NCBI GenBank assembly: GCA_038496445.1
Contig: JALMLS010000376.1
Span: forward strand, 62,001 to 126,000
Reading direction: 5' to 3'
Length of the DNA: 64,000 nt
Source of the DNA: Trichosphaerium sp. ATCC 40318
Lineage: Eukaryota > Protista > Tubulinea
How positions within the stretch are numbered: position 1 is the first letter of the stretch; each line of letters opens with the position of its first letter. This document shows, piece after piece, positions 41,963 to 54,546 of this stretch. The notes beneath the pieces were generated by a model. The model saw nothing but the letters and a program-made list of their open reading frames with translations, did no database searches and was not told the origin of the DNA. The position numbers and the translations under genes are program-made.

Positions 41963-42854
41963 ATGTGGAAAGTATTGTTGCACAAGCGCAGGAAGGGTAT
42001 TATACAGTCGTTTATAACGTCTATTTACCTACAATAGTTCCTACACTTGTTACTATAGTACAAGAATACCTGAAGCGGCATGGCGCAGGTGTGTAGCATA
42101 ATTGGAGACCATTTTTGTTATCAAACGGCGTATTTGCATCTAATACTATCAATAGAACTTGGAGACATTGGTGACGTGCCTCAAAAAGTGCGTATTTAAT
42201 TAAAACTTCAATTTCACTTAGTACATTAGTTAATGCAGCCTGTATTCGAATACATAAAGCCACAGGACCTTCATCGTATCCAAAAAATGACTGTACGCTC
42301 ACAGTCATAATAATAAGCAACAACTATTTTGTAACACCGTTAAAGGGCGAGAGACTATTTGTAGAGGATATATGGAAGCGTCATTGTATGCAAATAAATA
42401 TTAACGAGCGTTCTCATGGTGCTAAGACGTGGAGGTACGCAAAAACATAAAAAGTCCGCAAATAAGAATGTCAAGTATTTTTTTTTTCTCAAAAACACCT
42501 GTTAGACTCACGTGGTTACGTGGCTCAAAAGAACAACGTGAAAAGTTGAAAAAGTTTGGTGCTAAACTGAATCGAATGAATAAACGTACAGAAGAGAAAA
42601 AGGCTGCTAGGAGGTGAGAGGTTATCAATGTTATTCGTTCAAGATAAACTAATAGTATTTATAGTGTTAAAGTACTTTCTGGAGGCGTCAAAAAACGCAG
42701 GACCACACCTACTAAGAGGCGTAGTTCTGGCCCCTCTGTTGCAAGAGCAAGAGCAAGTAATCCTTCACCTGGGAGGAGTAGAAGCGCATTGGCACTTTGT
42801 ATGCAACGTGCTGGGAAGCAATCAAAAATGTTCAGTAAAAAGAAAAAGAGATAG
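41963..42854 (+). CDS. Elongin A-like (BC-box / SIII A domain) protein
   Basis: Spliced VPTLVTIVQEYLKRH.AELGDIGDVP..LMQPVFEYIKPQDLHRIQK..EDIWKRHC..KTWRLTWL..EQREKLKKFGAKL. Confidence 0.75.
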
Positions 42855-42887
42855 AAGATTGGCTAACAATATATTTTGGTTTTTTTG

Positions 42888-44756
42888 TTAAAAGAAATCG
42901 AATTCTGATACTCGCTCAACCGTTACGCAAATGAAAGGTACAGGATAAAAACCTTCTTTACCTGGAACTGGTACTTTATATGCTTCTGGTATCTTTTCAG
43001 TTCTATACGTTCAGGGTTAGAATAGGTATTGGCAAGCAAATAATGTAAAAAAAAAAAGTAAAAATAAGGAAAAAAATTTGTCCAGTTCGTACCGTAGCGG
43101 ATCAAGATCATTTTTATTGAGTAGACGTTGTATTTGTGTATAAGTCATATTTTTACATCCTTGATGTGCTGTTGGATTCTCATTACCATCATCATACTGG
43201 AAAGTTATCCACATTTGTGATGTTTCATGTAAAAGTGGAGCAACCCATTTTATAACAGCTTCAGCATCTAGCATTTCCATTGCACCAGTGCAAGTGATTA
43301 GGTCGTACTACAAAAAAAGTCCTTCAATATTTAAATAGAAAAAATGAGAAAACAATGCTCTTACTTGACCATCCAGTTCTAAAGGTTTATCGAGGTCATG
43401 ACAAATTACTTTATCATACTTTGCATTTTTCTGAGCTTGCTCTAACATTTTATCTGAAATATCAACACCAGTGTAATGTCCTTTTATCCCTGACTCTTGT
43501 AGTATTTGTGAAACAAGGCCTATACCACAAGCAAGATCTAACGAACACAAATGTTAAAAAATTTAACTTCAAAGACGTGTGTTACTATCACGTGGCTTAT
43601 TGATAACAAAAACCATACCCAGCACTTTAAACTGCTTTTCTTTTGTGCTACTCTCTTTCTTGCTTATCTGTCTACACTGTTTCTTTATCCATTCTAAAGC
43701 AGTATATTCACCATATTTCACAAAAGCATGCCAGTTAGGTGCGTGCTTATCAAACCTTGCTTTGATTTCTTCCTTAGTCATCTTGTCAATATTGAAATTC
43801 TTGCCAAAAGACCCTGTTCTTTTCGTGAACCACTCTGGCGGTGGACTCCCTTCTTTTATAATTTCTATATTCTCTTCACTCCCTTTATTCTGTTCTTCAT
43901 TGGTAGTACTCTATTTGTTCATCAGAGAAAGAAGTACGCAGAAAACGTTAAAGCAGTACTTGGGCGCTTTTAGATTTTTCATCTCGAGGAAACAAATTCA
44001 TTGCTGTTCCTCTAGTAGACGCTATTGTCTTGTTTTGATCTTTACTCACAATCTCTACATCCCAAACTTGTGTTGAGTTCCCACTATGTACTTGCTTAGT
44101 CTTGGCTGTTAGTGTATCTCCCTAGCCAAATCAGATTTGAAGTGTCAACAAAGGCGTTGTGTACAATCTTTGCAGCCGAGAAAAAATAGTTGTTTAACGA
44201 TGACACCACAATGCGTTCTGCCTCCTTTACATCGTGTCAGTAGTACAGAAATAACAACAAATGCGTACGTCAGGTTTACACATCATAGCGCTCATACCAA
44301 CAGCTGTATCTGCTAGACTTGAAATGGCACCTCCATGAGCAATTTTCATAATGTTCATGTGCTTTTCTTCTAAATCCATCTGCGTCGTTGGTTAGAACAA
44401 AGACGTGGTTTGAGCGAAGGGGTGAACCTCTTTGCGTTAAAAATTCGGTTTACCTTTAACACAATTTGTTTTGATTCGTAATCTGCGCTTTCTAGCTTTA
44501 TACCAAGCGCGCCAGTGTATCCTGTCAATTTATTTAGTATGACATCCTCTCATACCCGTACCATAGGCTCCAAGTTTATCATACGCCTTTATAATCCCTT
44601 CTGACGACTTTGGTAGATCTATACGTTTCACGCTATGTTTTGTGCATCTGTACGGCGTTATATACGTAACGCACTAATAACTACGCACTTGCTAGTGGAA
44701 AACTGACGTTCTTGGCGTATTGCCTTTGTACCACCTCTTGATAGCCGTAGTAACAT
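42888..44756 (-). CDS. Mitochondria-targeted PaaI/hotdog thioesterase - class I SAM methyltransferase fusion
   Basis: MLLRLSRGGTKAIRQERQFSTS presequence; HMNIMKIAHGGAISSLAD thioesterase motif; phase-0 intron 43911-43959 joins in frame to VLDLACGIGLV..GVDISDKMLEQA methyltransferase. Confidence 0.75.
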
Positions 44757-44890
44757 ACAATGAGCGTAATTGAGAACCACAAGGTTATTACAACTGTAAA
44801 TGAAGCTATGTTTTACCACAGTTGTTGTTCAATGAAACAAAGACAGGCTGGTCAACAATATTATTATTTGTTGTCGACTACAATTACTTG

Positions 44891-47800
44891 CTAATTTGCT
44901 AGATTATGCACAAAGAAGTTGACTTGTGTCCGCTTGCATTCAAGACTTTGATAAATTAACTCTTCAAAATAATCTTCTGCTTCATCATTATCCTTGTCCA
45001 GAGCAAAAGCATCCCTCAAGTAAAAAATATCTTCAACTTTTTGTAGTTGTGGAATTCCAGTAGAGAGCATCTGGTAAAGTGTTAAAATGATGTGTTAGTG
45101 ACGTGTTTGTATTGTACCATTTTAAATAAACTCAAAAATAAATGAGCATGTTGTCGTAGTACGGTGTACCCTATTAAAAAAAAGTCACGTGATTTGTGTT
45201 GACAAAGTAATAAATGAGTGAACCTTTTCTACATAAGTTAACGTATGTTCTCCATCGCTCGCTTTCTTCTCCACCTAGCACGTATACATGCTACAAACAT
45301 TAGGGATCCGCGGTGGTTTTTGGGTTATAAAATGAGTACCTCTTGTGTTAGGACAAATGGAGCGCTTTCTCTGTTGTAAAAGAAAAATTTCATAATATGG
45401 CCTAGAACTTGTTAACGTTTGCTTTAGCGGCTGTAAGTACCAAGGAAATGCCCAAAATCGATATGAAATAAGTATCCCTCCTTTATAAAACGTTTTAACT
45501 TATAATGAACGTGTTATCAGGAACAGAAAAACGTACATCAGTAACCTAAAAAAACTTTAGAAAAACAAAAAAAAACCGACAAGGTTTATTGGTCGTACCA
45601 TAATGTTATCACTGAGTGTTTGTTAGTTTCTACATATATTGTATAAGTTAATAAGATTACATACTTGTGCCTGTCTCCAATGCCTATAACATATGTAGCA
45701 ATTGAATACCTACAAACAGTTTTATTAAAAAAGAAGAAAAAAATCGGAATATTACGCTGCGCAAGATCTTGTAAAATTATCGAGTGCTTGTGCATAGTTC
45801 TTTTCGCTTGTATTTTTTGCCTACAATTAATGAGTATACTTGCATAACTTGACGCTTGTCGTACTTGAATCCATTTAGCAAGTGGCTTCTTCTTAAAAGC
45901 ACCCATTGCGCCACCAGCGTCCTTAGTACGAAAGTCATTACCAGGAATACTCCAGAGCTCAACGTACTTTTTGTATAACTGCAGTTGTAGTAGCTTGTTC
46001 TACGATTTCTATCATCCCTACCTTATCTGCGGTGGCTACTACATCATATATAGTCATACCCAGATCCATACCTTGCGCCATCCACAACTAGAAAACAATG
46101 AGTACATACTTTTTTCCCACCCGTTCTAAAGCGTACTCTGTCCATAGTTTGGAACATTTGCATTGTGAGAAGGTCTTGCCTCAAATCATCTCCAACCTTG
46201 AATATAACTTTGAGAGGATTACCGCATGGATCAGCATTCTGAAGAGGTTAAGCATCCGGAAGTATTAACAAAATGAACTACACGCACTTTGAAAACCTAA
46301 AACAACAATTTAATAAACGTATAATCTCGAGTGCTACGTACCAACCACAGAGGCACTGTGTTACTTTACAAAAAAAAAAGGTGTTAATTTAAACAACAGA
46401 GAAAAGAAAATTCTTGGATACCTCGCCATAAACTTGCACTTGCTTATAATTATGTCGCAACAAAGAACTCTATATTTACAATATGTTAACTTGTCAAGAC
46501 GTATATCCACGTACTCAGGCTTTATAGGAAGTGTAAATGTAGCTGGTAACCTAGCTTCTCGAAGTCCTTGTTCGAGTACTTGAGACCGTTTATTTGAATT
46601 GTACACATCTATTATTAGCTCTTAAAAACGTGCGCAGAAACACGATTGGTTTAAAATTCACGTACCAACTGCAAGCTTGTGTAGAAGGGAACTTACGTAT
46701 ACTTCTATGCTTAGTTGTTTTCTATGTGTACTGTTACAATGGACAAGGTAAGCTTCCATTATTAATCCATATCTGGCCTGGTTGGGGTTACAAACTTTAA
46801 ATAGAATAAACTTGCCTGTAATTGTATTGAAGAATGCATCTCTGCTTTTAAGTGCCAGAAAAGACTATGTCCAACTGTCAAGCGACTCCTAAATTTGGTT
46901 AGATTTAAAAGTATTTTATTCCCGTACTGTAAAGCGCGCTCCAAAAGAAAACATGCAATAGGAGAAAAATGGTAGCTTTCATATTTTAACACCTATTGAA
47001 CTTTAATTAATGTATGGAATCTTCAATCCACATACCTGCACTAGTTGCGGCAAGTACTGAATGAGTTGAGCATCCGTCAAATTTACCAAACATGACACTC
47101 CATAAGCGCGAACATAGTGATCCGAAAAAAACGAGTCAAGGAGCTAGGGATATTTGTAAGTTTGTGAGAAAAAACCAAGAAAAAACTTAATACCTCAAGT
47201 GCGCGTTCTGGAGAAATGAGTGGCCATTCTAATCACCTGAGTAACCTAATAACAATATATTTAAATACGTACGTTCAAGCAGCCTAAAAAATAAGTTAGA
47301 TCACACAACCATATGTAGTAACTCACTTGTGAACTTCCTCCACACTTTTAGGTTGAGAATAATCAGCAGCCCTTTTTGTTAACGATAAGAAAATTAAAAG
47401 AATAAGTTATGTCAATTTCTGTACATTAACACTTTAGAGAGTTGCTCTTCATGTTCTTGAAGAATCCATGCCTTATACTACACACAAGTAAGTTACTGAA
47501 TATCCACTGCTTGAACGAACATACTTTCCACAGTAGCTTTAATTCACTCAGCGAAAGAGGTAGAAGGTTGTCTGTAAGAGTAATCAGGATGTGTTCTTTT
47601 AAGAAAAAAATCTTGTGCTACCTTTTTCCAGTATCTCAATTAGAACTGCTTCAACTTCAGCGTACGGTGTCAATGGTTTACTGCGTCCATTTTCTGAAGT
47701 TCTTTTAACTAAACAAAGAGTTAGGTAAGGAATTACTGCCACGTGTTTATCAGTACCATGTGCTCTAACCCGTCGCATTACTTTCATCCTCTTATTGCCA

Positions 47801-50800
47801 TTTCCATTAGCAAATGATAGCCTTTGTGCTCTACGATGTCGAATACCTAATTTCATCAATTTCTCTCAATTAGTGTTGTAAGATTCACGCACGACGGAAT
47901 TTCTTGATTGGAGGAAACGAGATAGGTAAGCGAGACCTATTACAAGTCATGTTAGACATAAATACAGCTTACAAACAAATGATGACCGTACGGTGGCATC
48001 TCAAAGGTAAGGAGCACACAATCTGATAAATTATTGTTTGGCATACACGTGCCAAGAGGGTTTGCTTCTTCGTTCATCCACAAAGCTGTTAAGTAAGTGA
48101 GCTATAGTTGGTTAATATTAATTTTAGGACGTACGTTGTACAACAGGTGTAGTTTTATAGTTTCCAAGGTAATCAAATAATTGGTAGCCGAACTAAGCAT
48201 ATTAGAATGAGTGCTTTTATTACACTTCGTCTACGCACCCAACCAATTACGACTTTCTTAGATCTTTCTGCATATACAGTGGCGTACATTCGCGTTTCCT
48301 ATGTGTTTTAAATATGTAACAATAGTAAAGAAAGCTAAGGTACCCTTGGTAGACTTGATAAAGGTATTGCACTTCGAAGCCATTGATTCCATTCACCTGT
48401 GAAAGTTCGCTTTGATTTAAATAATTGTGAAATCCTACGGCCGCCAAAGTACCTAGCAATTAAATTAGATGTCTATTTGGCATTATTCTTAAATATATGT
48501 GCATACAATGCAAGTTCAAGCCAATACTCTACAAACTTAAAGTCTGAAGATCCAAAATTTGATTTTGCCAAATCGTAACTCAACGGATCATTTGAGTCGA
48601 ATGCTGATTTTACAAACGTGAATTTCATCTTTTGTAACGATCCTACCAATACTTCAAATGTACACGGTACTGTAGTTATATCATAGCATTCCTCTACTGA
48701 GTCTACACCAGATGGAGGACGCGGACAAGGTGATCTATCGTCAATAATATTTCTTGTTACTGTTCTTTTTAATTTCAACGGTTTGTTTTCTAGTGATAAG
48801 CACACAGGGTTACGTCTTGCAACTTTACGTCTCACATAAAATATAGAATGAAGAGGTACTGAATTATCTTCCACAGTGATGATAGTACCTATAACTTGGT
48901 GTTTAGCGTTGAACTGTAGTCAGTTTTCAACTTACCAGTGAATTTTACAAGAAACTTTTCTCTTGGTGGGATCAAGTCTGCTTTTGCTATCATACGTGAG
49001 CGTCTTGCTTCTCTCAAATGATCCCTATTTGGTACAGGCCGGCGAAAAAAAGCGCTGAGAAGAGGAGTTAGAAACTGACAAGTCTATTTTTTGTGTTTGG
49101 GTATCTACCTGTCTATAATGTCTCCTATTTTGGCGAAATCTTACAATTTTCGTGTTAGTATCGCGTGTTTTTTGTTACCACTAACTTATTTGACTTACGT
49201 TTACAACTTACAGTCGTTTTACTCCTATCTGGAAAATATACAGTGACAAGTAGTTCTTCTACAATTCAAAACTAAGCAACAAAAAAAAGTGAAAGGATAA
49301 AATAACGAGACAGTACTTGGAAACCAATGAGGCACAGGGAAGTGAGTAGTTTCTGCAGCTATTCGTTTTACACTCTTCCATGTAGTTCGATCCGAACCAG
49401 CAATAAGGCTTATGGTATGTTAAGTCATAGTGAACGTACTGAGAAAGGTGTACTTACGATGCCATTTTTTCTCTAAAATGGAAGATTTCTTTTTTAGCAC
49501 TTGTCGTAACATTTACCTTGACAAGCTCTTCAACTTCATCAAGTATTAGTTTAGGCTTTGATTATGTGAGAATTCATTCAATATATAAACAATTCCTCTT
49601 ACCACATCATATCGGTATACATCTTGCTTAGGTCTAAAAAACAATGCAGCGCTTGAAAGATCATATGGTGTTGGCTGTAAAACTGCAAGTTGTAAGGCAC
49701 GAAGACCTGTAACCCATTCGTCACGGTCTTGTCTGCAAAAGGCTTGAAGATCATACGTTCTCCTAGAGTACTGTGTGAGCATTAATTTGAAATGTTGTAG
49801 CTTGATTTTTTCAGCCTGATTCAAGAACTTGTTGATGTCTTACTTTTCAGTTACGACTTGAAATGCTCTTGGGTCGTTTTGATCTTCATTCACATTCATA
49901 CAATCTTCCAAGTGAAACCGTTTTAAAAAATATAAATTGTGGAGTTAGTAAGAAATAATTAAATCAATTAGTGGATATTTTTTCTCTGTAATCTAGTTCT
50001 AAATCTTTGTACTTTGCGGATCTGTTGGTTTCTCCCTGCAGTAATGTATCCAATTATTTTGAACAAAGAACCAGCGCCTCTGATACCCCTATATATTAAA
50101 ACAAACTGTCAACATCTTCATATAGTACAAAGAAGTAAAGACTGACTTTTAGTGAAGATGGGCTTCTCTTTCTTAAATATCCTTGCAGAAGCGCTGATTG
50201 AGATGATAGCAACGAATGTAAAAAGCTGACTTGGCTTCCTCTACTGATGGTTAAAAGGTGCCATTTTTTCTTTCCTGGATACGTTGACAATCTTTCTCCA
50301 TTCTTTGGTGTTAAAATCTTCGAAGCTGATATATTCACGCCAAACCTAAGCAAAAATGTTGTAAGCTTAAAAGTAATCAGCAAATATTTTTCTCTTTTTT
50401 TTTTTTTGTTTTTACCCTCGAAGTTTATTCAACCACGTGCACAAGTGCTTATTGCTTGACGCTTGTAATTTTTTTTAGTATCATTATAGCCCATATTATT
50501 TCTAAACGTGTACCTTGTAATGTATACTTTCGTTCTCTCGTCAAAATGCACAAAATGAGTCCTTGAGTCTCGTAGATTGATATAACATGTGGGAGATAAA
50601 TCCCTCCTACCTTCCAAATTAATCGATGATTATTAAAACTTTTTGTTTCTATTTTTTACCAAGCAATCTACCATCATCAGGATCCCAGTAACTCAATACT
50701 TTGGATTCTTCATCAAATAAAAACTTTCTAGAAGTTATCGTCAGCTTAGACTGGTCATAAAAAACAATAACTACTTAGAAAAAAAAAACCACCATAAAAC

Positions 50801-51594
50801 CATAGAGATAAAAACGCTAGTTCTGTTCTGATTGTAAGGAAAAAAAAAAAGCAATATACCGTTTCTTCCAACCTAGCATAGATATACGCTTCATCAAGAT
50901 ACCAGAGAAAAGCTGCACAATCACATCAATAAACGTTTTACTGCGAACCAAAAAAAAAATAATAAAACTGCATGTCATCGTACTCCTTCGCGCCCATCTA
51001 GTAGCTTAAACATCGTAAGAATATGTAAAAAAAATAAACGATAAAAAAAAAGAATGAGAATTTTGCTATCGTACGCCAGCGATACTACTTCTTAATATAC
51101 TAGCCCAACGACGAGCCGTCAAAGCTCCATCACCGCGAAAATAATAAACGGCCTTTTGATTGCTGCATAATGTAAAATCGGCTGCTCCCTTTGCAGCTAG
51201 AACAGTGACCTTTACATCCAAACACACGTGCTCAAACGCAACCGCAGCATCTAAGTATTGATAGTGAATTTTATATCCATAAAACTTTTTTAGAGGACAA
51301 AATGAATCGGAAACAATTTTTTCTCTTTTTTTTTTGGTTTGAATGATCATTAAACCAATTTGTCTTTATCGTTTAAATGATTGTTTGAATATAGGTACCT
51401 TCATCTCTAAATATGAATACACCCTCTGGGTTAGATCTCACGAAACAATCTAAGTAAAATTATACAATATACAGCGAGGTTTTTTAACAGTCGTTGCTTT
51501 AACACTCTCCAAACAGAGTTTTTTTTTAATATCACGTGCCTTTCCATATTTTGGTTTTATTACTTTTGAACTTGAGATAACCTTCTAAATTCAT
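44891..51594 (-). CDS. Class I-like phosphoinositide 3-kinase with three N-terminal PH domains
   Basis: PH starts EGYLKFK..IWKDCFV, SGILMKR..WKKR, QGYLRKR..YQRRWF; then RBD/C2/helical (LPQLVQVLKYE, GHSLFWHLKAEM); kinase FKVGDDLRQD, IGIGDRHNDNIM, HIDFGHFLG, RESAPFVLT. Confidence 0.9.
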
Positions 51595-51919
51595 AGTTGA
51601 TGTATTAAATACAAAATACTAATCATGCTCTCGATCGCTAGACGTGTTGAAAAGACCAAGTGAGAAAATTTTTTACCAAAACGTATTTTTGTGAGACGCT
51701 AATAAAAAAAAGACCCAAATGCAGTTTTCAGTAAAATACTCAAGGTTCACATTACAATAACGTGCTTCATCTATGGATAAAGTAGCGAGGTTCTGATAGG
51801 TAGCTTGATCAATACTTTCTTAAGTACAGAATAATCTTTACTTTGTGATATCAGGGGTTTTTCTATCGCGATATGGCGATTTAAAAGTCTGGCGGTTGGT
51901 TAATGGTGTGAATCGGTTT

Positions 51920-54489
51920 CTACTCAAGCTGAAACTGGCATATCGATCCAGACCAGCATGTAGCAGTCAATGAACCGCCATAAGGATGCCAACTAAAAAC
52001 ATACATGTTAACAATTATAGTAGTGGGGGTTTCTGGCTGTTTACCTGCAATCACGGACAACGTCGCCTCCGTATGTCGATTCAGCGTCATTAACATCAAG
52101 TTTACGAACAAGTTTACCACTTAGATTATAAATATGCACTGCACCATCCGCGCTTCCCTGTATTGTGATTTAGTTTGTTTCCGCTAACATCTAACAACAA
52201 AATACGTACAGTATATACATAGCGTTGCCCAGTGCTGTGCATTGGGGAAAAGTGACATCTAATAAGCGTACGTAGTACCTTATGTCCATGGAAAGTTTGT
52301 ACAGACATGTCATTTGGATGCCTACAAAAAAGATAAGTATTGGACAAACTTTTTTGGTGTTTGACTTTTCTTGTCTGTGTTACCTGTCATTTTCTACACA
52401 TCCTGGATATCTTCCATTACGGTAATCCCATGGATACTTCCTTGTCTGTCTTGGAGTGGAATTATATCCTCCCATCTTTCTTACATCCCACAGCTTCATT
52501 GTTTGATCTTTACAATTACTTAGTAGATAACGACCATCTCCTTTTGGACTTATATATGTAAGACCTGGTAGTTGACTTGTTAGATTGTTGGACGCAATCG
52601 AGTAATCTTATACCTTCAGTGTGCCCAACCAGTTCGCCAACAGGCTTTTTGGCGTTTCCAAGAGCACGTTTGTCCCAAACCTTTTGAGCGTTAAGAGTTT
52701 TCTGTTTTGATTGAAGATTGAATATGTACGTACATAAATCAATGAATCGTCACTTCCAGAGAATAACAAGTTACAATCTTGAACATCCCCGAAAGATACA
52801 GCATTAACGTCATCAGTATGTCCTTTTAATCTATGTTTTACTGTCTTTGATTCTATGTCGAATACATATACTTTTTTTGCAGTGTCAATATTACAAAGGG
52901 GACAACAGTTTAACCGGCTCACCTGAAGAGTCACTTGTTCCAGCAATTACTTCTCTGTCATCTCCAGAAAATCTGACACTCCAAATGCCAAGATTCCAGT
53001 GAAACGAGTGATGCATACCTCCATCAGGAGCGAAATTAAGTTCCTAGTTTCCGCGGGATTAGCACGGTGATTTTCTTGCGACGGTTCGTTTTTATTAATA
53101 TTGTAATGCATTTTGTAGTACCTCTTGGTGAATACGATGTTGTTCTCCGTCGAATTCTCCACCACCCGCAATATTACACAAATACACTACTGGTGTTATA
53201 GAAGAGTATACAAGGTAACGGTTATCCTGTGTCATTTGTGTATCTGTTATAGTCCATTGGCGTGCTTTAGCATTTACAGCAAATTTACAAGTCCAATTAT
53301 CAGTGTTGTATAATCTTACTTTCCAGTCCTGACCTTGAGTCAAGAGTAAACACGCGTGTCACAACACTGAATGGGTTTTAACGCACTTGATGTGAAGAAG
53401 ACACTACCATCAGCAGAGAACTGACCATTGTAAGCACGTTTAGTGTATGTATCAATATTTGTGCAGTTGTGAGAAGGTAAATGGCGAATAGCGATATTTA
53501 CGCCAAAAGCAGGATTATATGGACCACTGATTTGACGCTTTTGTAGCATGTGACAAGTATTGGAGTGTTCTGGGCGACCTCCAAAGTATCCAGAATGTAT
53601 AAGCTCGTCGTATGTATTCATACGTTTTCTTTCTTGTCTTCTTTGTTTCGCACGTTCTTTATCACGTTGTTTTGCAAATATACCCTACAACAAATAATTA
53701 GTACTTACCCTTACATGTCCATAGTACACATCAAAAATATAACATTAGGTTAACGTACAGAGAACATATTGCCCTTCTTTTCTTTCTGTACTTTATCGAG
53801 TAAATCATAAAAAAGCTACAAAGAGAACAGTCAATAACACAATAATGCAAGTCCAGAAAAAATATCAAAAAACAAACCTGAGATTGAGACAGTCTTAGCG
53901 CTAATGTAAGTAAGTTTTCAGCGGAATCCAAGGAACCCTTTGTACTAGATTAGCAACAGCACGTGGTGGGAACAGGTGAGTATGGCTACCTGCATTCTAC
54001 ATGCTTGTGCTTTGCGATAAAGCGCTTTGACGTATAAACCGGGATATTGTTTTAGCTCTGTGCATTGTAACGCCAAGTTACACGCCTCTACAGCGCTATC
54101 TGCATTTTCAAGTTTTATAGCTGCTGCGGCAAGATTCAAATGAACGACAAGGTATAATTGTACTGACGCTTCATCAGGTACTACATACAAGTTAGAACAA
54201 TCGCCATCAAACGAATACTGATTAAGAAAATGCACTTTTTTAAAAACCCAGAAGGGTTTATTTGCGGATAAATAACAAATTATGCTACACATACTAGCTT
54301 TGAGCCTCTGAGCAGCCAAGTGGTAGTTTTTGTACGCTTCTTCGTAATTTGCTAACTGAAAAGCTTGATTCCCCTTATAATTGTTACTTATAGCTATTGT
54401 ATGTTTCGTACACGCTCTCGTAACTCCTCAGCATCTGGAATTTGTTCCTTACTCTCAGCAGGGAGCTGAGAAGCTCCATTTTCTGCCAT
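51920..54489 (-). CDS. DCAF11: TPR (Hsp90-cochaperone type) - DCAF11/WDR23/LEC14B WD40 fusion
   Basis: ELRERGNQAF..LNLAAAAIKL..KALYRKAQA TPR, joined by phase-0 intron 53685-53758 to AYNGQFSADG, WTITD, HTDDVNAV, GDGRYLLSNCKDQTMKLWDVRK, WDYR, GHKVLRTLIRCHFSPMHSTGQRYVYT, SWHPY. Confidence 0.75.
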
Positions 54490-54546
54490 TTTGCGCTTGT
54501 ACGCACTTCGTGGATGTGTATTTCGGATTATTCCTATCCCGTGGAA

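Noticed and set aside
43579-44076. Long antisense ORFs in the ORF track (also 6143-6478, 11861-12136, 42021-42323)
   Set aside because: Shadows of real coding exons on the opposite strand.
34559-54489. Ubiquitin-system gene cluster (E2, F-box, Elongin A, DCAF11)
   Set aside because: Large common families interspersed with unrelated genes; no evidence of functional clustering.
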